Positions 33,791 to 64,000 of a stretch of 64,000 nt of DNA are shown here, in pieces. The translations under genes and the position numbers were made by a program. The first letter of the stretch is position 1; each line of letters starts with the position of its first letter. Under the pieces are notes generated by a model. That model was not told where the DNA came from and searched no databases. It saw only the letters and a list, made by a program, of their open reading frames with translations. Origin of the DNA: Amoebidium appalachense (taxonomy: Eukaryota; Protista; Ichthyosporea); the NCBI GenBank assembly GCA_963693365.1, contig CAVNZM010000003.1:4597106-4661105 (forward strand), written 5' to 3'.

Positions 33791-34925
33791 ATGGCACTCG
33801 TGGAAGATATTCAACCTGTGGAGGGGTTTGATCTCAGCGACCTCGATTTCACTTCACTTGAAACATCAGGGTGGGAACTCGACCTAGATCTCAAGTACGG
33901 GTTTGACGTTCCCGTCCCCCCTACACCCCCTGCAAGCTGCCTACCCACCCCTGTCGGCTCCCCTCGTCTTACAGGTACTGAAACGTCTTCTTCTACGGAT
34001 GTGAAGCCTTCAATTTTTGACTGGTCTCAAGCTATCATGTTTGAAGCCTTTGAGGATGGGCTCGACACTTTGGATTTTGACATGAACACCCCGGATTTGG
34101 ACGGCCAGCTGACTCCTCCCCGGTCGCCATCTTCACCCGTCAAGGATGAGCCCTCCGTTTTGTTGAGCGAGCCTTTGGTTCATTGCAAGAGCGAAACATG
34201 GGCTTCCCCTTCCTGTGGAGCCCGAGCCGGAGGTTGCACACATCAACCCCTCTATGCTTCAAGCGCCCTGCACCCCCATCCTTGCCGCCCCCCTCGCCCT
34301 CTCCACGTTTGTTTCCGCACCAGTTGCCCAAACCGAAACCGAGGAAGAAGATATCGATGTGGAAACTGTCGAGGAACATCCCTTCAGCGACGCACAGCTT
34401 TTGTGCCTCAATCAGCAACTCTTGCTTCAACAACAGCAGCAGGCCATGTTTGTCCCTCCCCCTTTTGCGCCGCTCGACGCAACTATTCCGCAATTTTCAA
34501 GCATGCCAACGGCGAATGTCTCGCCTTGTGAGACACCAAGTGCCAGCTCCAGCTCTGGGGATGATGTTAGTGTTGCGTCACCTGCCAAGCGAAACCGTTA
34601 CACGCCATATGCTCGCCCTGCCGGACCGAAAGATCCCGACCATAAGCGCCACACACACAACCTTTTGGAACGTAGACGTCGTGAGGATTTGAAAACTACG
34701 TTTGATATGCTCTCTGCAGTCGTGCCTGAGGTTGCAAATGACGCACGCGTGTCCAAGTTGCAGATCTTGCAAGGGGCTACTGACCAGATAAGGAGGTTGA
34801 GGGATATGGGATGTCACGCGGTTGCCGTGCGTGAGGCTTTGAGAAACGAGAATGCTATGCTTATGGAGAGACTTAGGCAGATGCGTGCAAACATGACGCA
34901 GAAGGGCGTGCAGCCGTGTGTGTGA
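33791..34925 (+). CDS. MYC: Myc-family bHLH-LZ transcription factor (~377 aa), apparently intronless, with a +1 frame discontinuity near 34190-34225
   Basis: MBI-like PPTPP/LPTP.SP/LTPPRSP; MBIIIa-like HINPSM; MBIIIb EEEDIDVETVE; basic-HLH KRHTHNLLERRRREDLKTTFDMLSAVVPEVANDARVSKLQILQGATDQI plus a leucine zipper. ATG to stop spans 1135 nt (3n+1). Confidence 0.92.
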
Positions 34926-35158
34926 ATGAATGCATATTTCCTAATGAAAGTCTAGGAGATAGTCTATTGTTTCCGAGGAGTATTTAGTGTAAAATGTAAG
35001 AAGGACGAAAACAGCTATTGTATGACTACAGAACATGCCACCACCAGCACCACACCCAAACATAGATATTTCTCCGTGTACTTCTCCGTGTCCCACTGTG
35101 TGGCACATTCACATAACATGCAAAATGTACATATCATATGGCTATTCTGGTTCCGTTG

Positions 35159-35581
35159 AATGTTTGTATATCCGGTACCAAATTTCATCAAATGTTTGTA
35201 TATCCGGTACCAAATTTCATCCATGTTATCCCACCGCACATAAAGTGTGTAGATAGTTATGCAGCCACAGTGTGGCTTGCCCCTCTGCTTAAAAGATAAA
35301 GTAAATATTACCGAAACAATCGTTGCCCATCCGTCACCGGAAAAGCACTGTTTTCCTTGCCTACTTTCCGTTCCCCGTGTTTTTTAGGTCACCCAAAGTA
35401 GAGCCTGCTGTTTTCCGGCCCCACCACCACTACCGATTGCACACCCGTTCCTTTCCATAACATTCGTGGCCCAGAATAGTGAACGGAAAGGATTGTTCTC
35501 CTTGTCTACTTTCCGTTCCACATGTTTTTTCAGGTCACATCACATAAAATGGAGTTGTTGTTTTCCGGCCTCACCACCACT
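35159..35581. repeat. Direct repeats downstream of Myc: 31-bp perfect duplication (35159/35191) and ~95-bp imperfect duplication (35338/35484)
   Basis: AATGTTTGTATATCCGGTACCAAATTTCATC occurs twice; CGGAAA..CTACTTTCCGTTCC..AGGTCAC..GTTTTCCGGCC.CACCACCACT occurs twice. Confidence 0.85.
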
Positions 35582-36121
35582 TCCACACAGGAGTGTGCTG
35601 ATACTTCCTTTTTCTTTACTCTTGCATGGCTAATAACTTAGCAATTGTTGACCCGCGTAGTTGAGCTCATACGTGCAGCTTTTAGCAGTCTTACTGTAGA
35701 ATTCTCGTTTTTGGTATATCTCCGGTGAAGCTATCTCAGCGACTATCTTGTTGTCTATCGGCAACTGTACTATATATCCATTCTTAGCCCTATCTCATGC
35801 CCCGATCTAAATAATATTCATAATTAAATAGAAAATTCTTTCACACCGGTCTTTCCTCCCTACAGAAGACATGTTGGCCCTCGCGGACAATACGCAACCT
35901 TTTTGATACAGTCCCTTGCCCTCCCTGTGCGATAGCTGGGCCTACAAATACGTGATTATCTAAATCCCTCCTTAGAATGTATAGACGCGACACTGGTAGT
36001 TTTGGGTCTAATATAAATTGTCCGGCACCGCCACGTATGAGGACACCTCGTGTTGAGGCCTGATTCAAGGCGTATGAAAGCTCGAGCGGTGTTCCCCTTA
36101 AAAAAAAAAAAAAAAAAGGAA

Positions 36122-36154
<33 letters not shown>

Positions 36155-37488
36155 GGGGGGGGATCGAAGACGAAAGAGAAACGTCACGCACACGCACACG
36201 CACATGCACACGCACGCACACGCACATGCACACGCACACGCGCTCGCGCGCGCACGCACACACACACACACACGTACATATGTACACACTGCTCACTGTG
36301 CCTAATATTAGGCCTCACACACACATCCGTTGTAGACGTGAAAAAGGTTCACTTGCGCAAGCAAAATTTTTGTGTCCATCTCTCTCTTGGCTCTACGACC
36401 CTAGCTGGTTCCGTTTATGATCTTCTACTTCTCTAGCTCACGAAATTTCACATCCAATGCATGCTGGGAGTGTCAAATCCCCGGCATAGGCCTTCCTCAA
36501 AGACGGTTGTCTTCCCCCCCCCCCCCCTCTTCCTCCTCCTCCTCCTCCTCCTAGCCTCTGAGACCAATTTACTTGCAATTGAACATGTGCTCATGTATAA
36601 GTGTGCACACCCGACGAGACGTACAGTAAAAGTGTAAAACTGCATTCAGTATTGCTGCGAGGTAGCCCCGCAAACCCTTCACCGCGAACCACAACACATA
36701 TTCCTGACATCCCACAATGAAAAAGAAAAAAAGTATTCCACATTTATATCTACCAAAGCAAATATTCTGCGCGTATATCTAATCATACTCTGCATGTAGA
36801 CAGCCTATTCTTCTTCATGTACACACGTATCCAGTTACGCATCTACCAAAGTCCAAAGTACCCGTGTGGGCATATATATCCAACAATGCAGATATTCTTG
36901 TGTACATATCTCTACCAATTAAGATCATCTTGTGCATGCCCTTTCTTGGCTGTAATTTGGCCAAATCGTAGATCTACGCAAAATATTCGCCCATAAATCT
37001 ACAAGTGCCATGATCACCACTGCATATCAAAATCATTTCACATGTACCGCTTTCTGCCTGTAAATACTCCGGGTGAAGCCCCCCCCCCCCCCCCCCCCCC
37101 CCCCTCCCCCTCTCCCCCCAGACACCAAAACAAACAAACAAACAAACAAACAAACAAACAAATAAATAAATAAGCAAGCAAATAAAAAGGGGGGGAAAGG
37201 CACCCGCACACTTGACATATGCAAACCATCCCCACCACCACCAACCCTCTATCGACCGTCCCCCCGATATGAGGGCATGGACACTACTCGTAAACTGGCA
37301 ACATAAGCAACAAAACCGTTGGGTTGCAGGAAAGAAGGGAGAGGGAAGGTTGAATAAATAAAGAAAAGATATATATATAAAAAAAGAAGGGAATCCTCGA
37401 ATAATAAAAGCATCTAGATCCACACAATCTCCTCAATACATGCTATCCTAGACTTTCATTTTAATTTTACAGTTAAAAATTAAAACCT

Positions 37489-41880
<4,392 letters not shown>

Positions 41881-42547
41881 GGTTACGAAAGTAGTGTACA
41901 ATCCAGAAAACCCTTGAGTGAAAAACAAGCATAAAAAAAATTACAGGATACTTCTTCACCTTTCCATACACTTTTTTTTCTTTACCCTTTAAATTCTGAA
42001 AATCTGGGTGGCTTGATCCCTAGTTTATCCCCCCTTGGGTAGGTGGTAGGTGCCTTTCGGATTTTCGCACGCTTCTGTTGTGTGTCCTAGTGAGTTGGAC
42101 AGTGTTGATTCTGTGACAAAGACGCGTGCCTGGGATATTATTTAAGAAAGAACGGCGGTTCATTGAACGAATGCAGATGGGGCGGAGAAAGGGCGTTGAT
42201 AATTGCTTGAACTTAAAAAACGCTATTATGGCAGTATGGTGCACTGCTGAGCGTTCAGCCAAGCCGCGGGCCGCGGCGCTTTGACGTCGGAGGGGAAAAA
42301 AGGCGCGCAAATTGGTGATTGGCTTAGAGAGCACCACATTCCAGTTCTAACCAATTAAAGCACCGCAAAAATGCCTATATATGGTTAATTGAATTTTGCC
42401 CAAGGCCGCGAAAAAACTGAAGATACACAAAGAGACTTCACAGAAACGAGAATTATTGCAATTGCAGTTATTTCGTTTCTGATCCGTATTCAATCCATCT
42501 TCCATCCTTACAATCCTTAGTTTTTTCTCTGTAGGTTAGCTGTAAAA
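41881..42547. promoter_or_regulatory. Bidirectional promoter between the YbjQ-like gene (-) and RanBP1 (+)
   Basis: Head-to-head ATGs 668 bp apart; GC-rich core with TGACGTC (42282), GGCGCGCAAA (E2F-like, 42302) and GATTGG/CCAAT (42317, 42351). Confidence 0.55.
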
Positions 42548-43358
42548 ATGTCATCCGAGGACCCAAAGAAGACGCAGGAGGCTCAGGATGGCCACGATGA
42601 GGTATTGAGCCGCCCTTGTTCATATAGTTACTCTCAGTTTGTGCCAACATATTTTACCCATTCTTTCCAGAGAGGACATGAGAATCTCAGACAACCAAGT
42701 TCAAGGCGATTGGGGTTGGCGCATGATATTCTAATAACAAATGTTTTCTACACAGTTTTTTTGTTATTGACAATGCAAGGCTTCATGGACACATGCGCTG
42801 TTGGTGCAGGGCACACAGAGACTAAGCACTTCTGAGCCACCGATGACATCTTTTCTACCAGTCTCCGTCTTTCCCTTCTGTTAAACAGAACCTCATTCTG
42901 TTCTGTACAATCGTCCGCTGTACATTTCAATTGGGGCTCATTTTACAAGGCCCCCGTTCGATAATCCTCGAGTCCACGGCTCTTTCTCTCTGTCTCACCC
43001 TCCTCCGTCCCTCCCTGTGGTCATGTTGCCCTTACTCTTGCTCCCATCCTGTTCAGTACCGCCTTATTATTGCTTATATTCGAACAGCTGCGTGAAATAG
43101 GGTCACTTCACATGCTTGCCATAAGCGCCGTTGTGTGTGGGAGGAGAAGGGAGGTATTTGGAGGGGGGAGGGGAAAGGGGAGTTCGACACTAATCCAAGT
43201 ACCTTTGTAAGGATGATCAGCAGGAAGAGCACGATCCCCACTATGATCCCATCGTCTCTCTCCCCACTGTGGAGGTGAAGACTCTCGAGGAGAATGAGGA
43301 GGCCATTTACACTCAGTACGGATCCCTGCTCAGACACATTGATTTGGCCACACACACA

Positions 43359-43398
<40 letters not shown>

Positions 43399-43562
43399 CC
43401 TACACGGATTGTTGCTTTAATTGTTGCCCGTCCTCTCTCCACACACACACACACACGTCTCTCCTAGAAAGCACTTGTATTTTATGCACCCATTTGGCCT
43501 TTCCTTTTCGGTTCGGTTATACAATCTGTGTCCACACACATACACACACACATTCTCTCTCC

Positions 43563-43612
<50 letters not shown>

Positions 43613-44411
43613 CTTCCTTTCCCCCCCCCCCCCCCCCCCCTCTGCTCTTTCCCCCCAGCCCACTCCTGCCCATCTCACACACCCCTTCTCATGTATGTGT
43701 TGTTTCTCATCACCTCTAATGCACACGAGCCATCTCTAATTGTGGATCTGGGCGTATGTTCTGGGCAAATATTTTGCACATTATCGAAATTATCTTGTTG
43801 CCTGCGCAAGTTATCCCCCGAAAACTACAAATGCTCTGTATGATGTTGTGAGGAATGTGTTGTTTTCTCATCACCTGTAATGCAAGCAAGCCATTTATAA
43901 ATTTGGATCTGGGGGAATTTGCTGTACACATTATCGTAATTTTCATGATGCCTGCGCACGTTATCCCCCGAAAACTAAAGAGGTTCTGTATGTAATTTTC
44001 ATGATGCCTGCGCAAGTTATCCCCCGAAACCCAAAGAGGTTCTGTATGTGATGTCATGGGGAATATAATGTTTCTCATCACCTCGGATATGCAGGTGAGC
44101 ATATCTCTAAATGTGAACCTGGGGTAATTTTCTCTATAGTATCGGGATTTTCATGATGCCTAGGCAAGATGGCAAGATATTCCCGAAAAATCCGAGAGAT
44201 TTAATGGGATGTTGTGGGAAATGTGCTGTTTCTAATCACCTTTAACGTGTAGGCGGGCCAAACTGTTCCGGTTCGACGCCAACTTGAAGGAGTGGAAGGA
44301 GAGGGGCACGGGGGAGATCAAGTTGCTGAAACACAAGGAGAAGGGCTCTATCCGTGTGCTGATGCGCCGTGACAAGACCCTGAAGATCTGCGCTAACCAC
44401 CATGGTATGTG

Positions 44412-44489
<78 letters not shown>

Positions 44490-45976
44490 CTTGTTGTGTC
44501 TGTGTGTCTGTGTGTGTGCTGCATACTTAAATGTCTACCAATGAATGCATAGTGTTGAAGACACATGGCCCCCCTCCCCCCACTCCCCCCACCCTCCCGA
44601 CATAGAAAACACACACACACACACGTGAACACACATGAGCACACAGGGAAGGGCAGGCAATCGGAAAGGAGGAGGAGAGTTTTGGGGGGAGGGGGGGGGG
44701 GGGGGGGGGGGCTTGCGATGGCTGAGACAGGAAACATACACGATCCCCCCCCCCCCCCCCCCCTCCCTCCGTCAGGACAATCATATGCCCACGCACCCAG
44801 CACATACAAAAACTCAACCTGCACATACACACACATGTGCACGCAGGCGTGCACACACAAACACACGTCCAACCACACCGATGTATTCATACTGACACCC
44901 ACACTCACACACATACACTTAACATACCCGCACCTTCACACACACACACACACATACATACACACACGCACACACACACAGACACACGTTCCCAAACAAA
45001 CACATGCAACCCCCCTCCCCCCCCTCCCCCCTCCCCTACGTACACACACACACACAGTGTACCCCAGCATCGAGCTGTCCCTGCACCCCAGCAGTGACCG
45101 TGCGTACGTCTACAACTGCCCTGCCGATTATGCCGATGAGGAAATGAAACCCGAGACCTTTGCCATCCGCTTTGGCAGCGACGAAAGTACTACCCCCCCC
45201 CCCCCCCCCCCCCCCTCCCTCCTCCTCTTCCCCTAGCTCTTACTGTTTTTGCGGTAGTTATACACGCGCACACTCATGCACACACACTAACACACACACC
45301 ATGCCCCCCCCACACACACACACACCCTCCCTCCGCCCTCCCTATAAACACGCATACATGGACGCACACACACACACACACACACACACACCTTCCCTGA
45401 AACCACGCATGCATGCACAACGTGGGCATGCCTTCCCCCCTTCCGGGCGCCCACGCAACCACACACAACCATACACACACACATGTGCGCGCGTACACAC
45501 ACACACACAGACACACACACAACATGGGGAGGGATGTGCTGCTGCGTGTCTCTCTTCCGTGCATTTGACAACACACGTGTACCTTATAGAAGTTAGAACA
45601 CAGTTTTACTGAAGGGTAGGGGACCCGTTCCGGCTACTGTCATACACAGGCACATGCTCGCGTGTGCAATATCTTTTGTGAGTGTGTGTGTGTGTGTGTG
45701 TGGGGGGGAGGGGGGGGGGGGGGGGGGGAGGATTTTGGGTGTCCCTGTAGACTTACGGAATGGTGTCATTAGGCCGTGTGTTGTAAGGGTATACCAGGCA
45801 GGGCCCAAGCGATATCTTGCGAAATGGGGCCCTACGTGTATACCTTTGCTGCTTCAACGTGACCTCCCACCCACCATCCCTATTGTTACTCGCCTTCCCG
45901 TACCCTGCTTTAATTGTTGTTTGTGCGAATCTGCGTCCCCTCATGATGTGTCGTTTTCTAGACCTCCCCCTCCCCC

Positions 45977-46035
<59 letters not shown>

Positions 46036-46554
46036 CACTCACACACACACACGTACACACACACACTCCGTCTACCTCATATGCATTTCCAATCTGTGCC
46101 TTCTTCTTTTTTTGCATGCTAGGTGTTGCTGATGTTGCATGTTTGCTTATGCCTACCATATTGCGTCCTGGGTCCTGCACCGTGTTGCTCATCGTGTAGC
46201 TGTACTTTGTACCCTGTTTTGTCCCCCCCACCCACCCACCCACCACCTCGGGCACTGTGGATGACTTGAACCCCACCCTAAGGATGGGCTCTTCCTATTA
46301 TGCATACTCTTTATGAATGGTTTGCACTCTGCATTGTGTTGCCCGTTATGGATTATGGATACGTTCATTTTCTATACTGCATTCTAATCCCCCCCCCCTT
46401 CCCACCCACCCACCCACCACCTCGGGCACTGTGGATGACTTGAACCCCACCCTAAGGATGGGCTCTTCTTATTATGCATACTCTTTATGAATGGTTTGTA
46501 CTCTGCATTGTGTTGCCCGTTATAGATACGTTCATTTTCTATACCGCATTCTAA

Positions 46555-46629
<75 letters not shown>

Positions 46630-46831
46630 AGAGGCCAAGGAATTCAAGAAAGCCTTCGATGATGCAAGGGAAGCAAACCGGAAATTCCAGGGGACGTCGG
46701 CTCCGCCGACACCGTCAAAGAAGGAGGAAGAGAAGGCGGAAAAGGAAGAGAAGGAGAAGAAACAGAAGGAGGAGGAGGAGGAAATTACCGAAAAACTGGA
46801 GAAACTGGAGGTGAAGGGGGAGGAAAAGTGA
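42548..46831 (+). CDS. RANBP1: Ran-binding protein 1 (RanBP1/Yrb1, 212 aa); exons 42548-42601, 43212-43315, 44253-44404, 45058-45186, 46632-46831
   Basis: [31 protein letters not shown]...[16 protein letters not shown]...[39 protein letters not shown], and a C-terminal NES-like [10 protein letters not shown]. The frame is intact (639 nt). Confidence 0.96.
43695..44252. repeat. ~160-bp-unit tandem minisatellite (~3.5 copies) in RanBP1 intron 2
   Basis: Recurrent TGTTTCTCATCACCT...GATCTGGG...GCCTGCGCAAGTTATCCCCCGAAAAC...TCTGTATG. The last partial unit forms the real 3' splice site. Confidence 0.85.
46125..46556 (+). repeat. Intronic repeat: one fragment plus a recent tandem pair (period ~174 bp) in RanBP1 intron 4
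   Basis: GGCACTGTGGATGACTTGAACCCCACCCTAAGGATGGGCTCTT..TATTATGCATACTC...GCATTCTAAT followed by poly-C occurs twice, almost identically. Confidence 0.9.
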
Positions 46832-47275
46832 AGGAAATCGGTATTTTTGAACTGGATTCTTTGTTTGGAAGTTGTGTGTTGTTTTCAGGCAACATACATA
46901 TTCTTGAGGAGAAATTGGAGTGATTGAAGGTGGGAGGGAAGGAAAAGTGAAGGAAGTGGTAGTTCCACCGGCGGTTTGGAAGTTTTGTGTATTTTTGCAC
47001 GGAATGTCGACTCGGTGTTTAGAAATTTGCGAAATATTCAGTATTGCACATGTGCGGCGGCGATTCTAGCCGGACGTTTTTGTGTTATGTTGCAGATTTT
47101 CGTGAATATAGTCTGAAAGAATGAAAAGAACAATGCACATACTGTACTTGTGTGGTTATAATATCCATATATCTATCTAGGTGAGGCGTGAACAGTGTCT
47201 TGGGGGAAAATTCCTGCCTGTGGTGATTTTTTTTTTTTTTTAGGAAATCTTGCCTTCACTAGGTGTGGGCGCCAA

Positions 47276-47317
<42 letters not shown>

Positions 47318-48259
47318 TTCCTTCTAGGCTACACTCATGCTAATCACTTATCTGCAGCACTTTTTTTTTCCGTGTTTTTGCCCGCGTATAAGCCTGGGCC
47401 CGTTCCAAAATATTGGATTGCACGCTCTTGTATGTGCATTTGTTCGAATTTCATTTATGTATCGTCCAACTTCTATTTGTTTTCTGTGGTGGCCCGCTTC
47501 GTGATTTACACAGTTACACAGTAGATTTTCACATGTATCTAATAACCCCCTTTTTTTTTTACTCCGTCGTGGATCGACAGACAAAAATACAAAGATATTA
47601 TACCGTTTATTTACACTTTGCACACTCTAAACATGCAAATTAGCTCATCCATTAATGCCCCATCCCTGCGCCAATCCCTTTGAACCGGTGGTGCAAATCA
47701 TCGATAATCGTCCCTTCTTCCCGCCCTAGTCCTCCTATCCCTTTCCCCTTCATATCCAGGGTCTATCCGGAGCACACACGTACACGCACATGCGCTCCAT
47801 GTTCATGAGCTCCCTTGACAATGTACACCTGCGGGCAGATGTATGAACTCTCTCCCTCCGCACCTTGTCATACCGGGCATATGACATTGTATGCAAAGTA
47901 TGCGGGTGTGTTGCACATGATACGTGGGTGTCTGCATGTGCATGTGTTGTCTTTTTTTTTTGTTTGTTTGTTTGTTTGTTTGTTTGTTTGTTTGTTTGTT
48001 TGGGGGGGAAGGGGGGGGCACATTGCCCGTAATCGATGTCACATGGGGCAATATAATCGGCATATCCAAGTCTTTGAGATACACAGGATTTTCGAAGACC
48101 CGTCTACTGTAAGAGTGGCAGGAGCCAAATTCAAACCCCCATTTTCAACTGGTTGTAATTTGCAACACTCGTGCAAATTAACTAAGATATAAGAATCGTT
48201 GATTGTGTGTGCGTGTGTGTGTGTGTGTGTGTGCGCGCGCGCGTATGTGTGTGTTTGGG

Positions 48260-48296
<37 letters not shown>

Positions 48297-48930
48297 TAAA
48301 TAGGAAGCGTGCGCATTTGTTGTGAGCGGTGCGATGGAGTTGAGGGAGTAATAGTTCAGATACGCAAAGCCTGCTGATAATCGAAACGGCTTAAAACTGA
48401 ACGTACCAAATCTTAAACTATAATTTCTTTATTCATTCAGAGCAAGTATTTGCCCTTCAACACATATAATTTGTAAGCCATGTCACAGACATGCATATGT
48501 ATGGGCAGAACACTATACTATCTTACTATTGTCATTGTCGCCAATCAGTGACACCAATACACCGTATTTAAAAGCAAGTGTAAAAATTAACCAACGAATC
48601 AATGATATCTATCGGATAAAAAGCGCATCATTAAATTCAGCGATGCCAAAGCGGTTCACCATCGTGTATATCAGTGGGCCAGGAGCCATGAACCAGCCCC
48701 GTTCGAAACCTTTAACATCAAAGAAATAAAAACTTTAAAAGCAGATAGGTTTATAATCAAATCATCAGACCCGAGGAGCATCGCATCACCTGCTATGGTG
48801 CACGGATGAATCAATGGGTCAAGGGTCACACGACATATGTAACCAATACAATAAGATTCAATAAAACGAACTAAGCCCAAGCACCAACCAGAAATCATCA
48901 TTAAAACCACCAACCAACTAATCCTCGTCG

Positions 48931-63444
<14,514 letters not shown>

Positions 63445-64000
63445 TTTCGTTTGTTTTTTGATGAGATTTTTCCGTGTAGCTAGCCCAGAAACTGAAGGGC
63501 CTCTTTGCATTTAAAATACGAATCAACCCTGTATGTGCGTGTTATTCTACCCTAAACAACTGAGTTAACATAGAAGGGACGGTGTGTAAGAACTCTAGAG
63601 TTTGGAGTCGGAATTCGCAAGCTCGAGTGTGTACGCGATGTGTTGCGCTAGATTGGCTTAATTTTCTGTCTTTCTTCTTTAGAAACCGAAAGTACTTGCA
63701 GTTATGTTTGCATGCGACCGTGCAACTTGAGCCGTAAGTACAAAGTGGTAAACAGAAGGACGGGTGACCGCGTTACATGTGCCCGCAGGTATACTCGGAG
63801 ATTCCTCGACCAAAACAAAGAAAGATGCCAGCAATTGATTGGCAATTACTGATTGGCTAACAGGATACAGATACCTGGTTGGGCCATTCGACACCATGCT
63901 CGAAAGAGCAGCGATCCGTTGAGCCAGGCAGCTATAGCGATTTGGCCTCATCAATGATTATCTGTTTGATTAATATTTGCTAATAAAGGTTTAATATTCT

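Noticed and set aside
43695-46556. CRISPR-like arrays
   Set aside because: The repeats are whole-unit tandem duplications without unique spacers, the context is eukaryotic, and there are no cas genes.

Overview
This is intron-rich eukaryotic DNA. The combination of an animal-type Myc with a fungal-type DASH/Dam1 subunit Duo1 suggests a unicellular holozoan such as an ichthyosporean (inference). Almost all ORFs in the supplied track are artefacts of (CA)n/(GT)n, (GA)n and poly-C/G tracts, which lie mainly in introns. Splicing by hand gives seven host genes: Duo1 (-), type II PI 4-kinase (+), a GT77-like nucleotide-diphospho-sugar transferase (+), Myc (+), a mitochondrion-targeted YbjQ/UPF0145 protein (-), RanBP1 (+) and a ~1370-aa HAP2/GCS1-like fusexin (-). 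There is also an internally deleted P-superfamily transposon with perfect 34-bp TIRs and a 7-bp TSD. Five observations stand out. (1) The fusexin has a large insert where the fusion loop should be, a duplicated Ig-like domain III and a mucin stalk. (2) A ~150-nt repeat occurs only in introns and always in the host-gene sense orientation, and one copy looks like a C/D-box snoRNA. (3) Three genes each carry exactly one extra base (+1 frameshift), two of them at in-frame CCC-CCC-G. (4) Many splice sites are flanked by poly-C and (CA)n rather than U-rich tracts. (5) Three predicted acceptors lack AG. Assembly error is a serious alternative explanation for (3) and (5).
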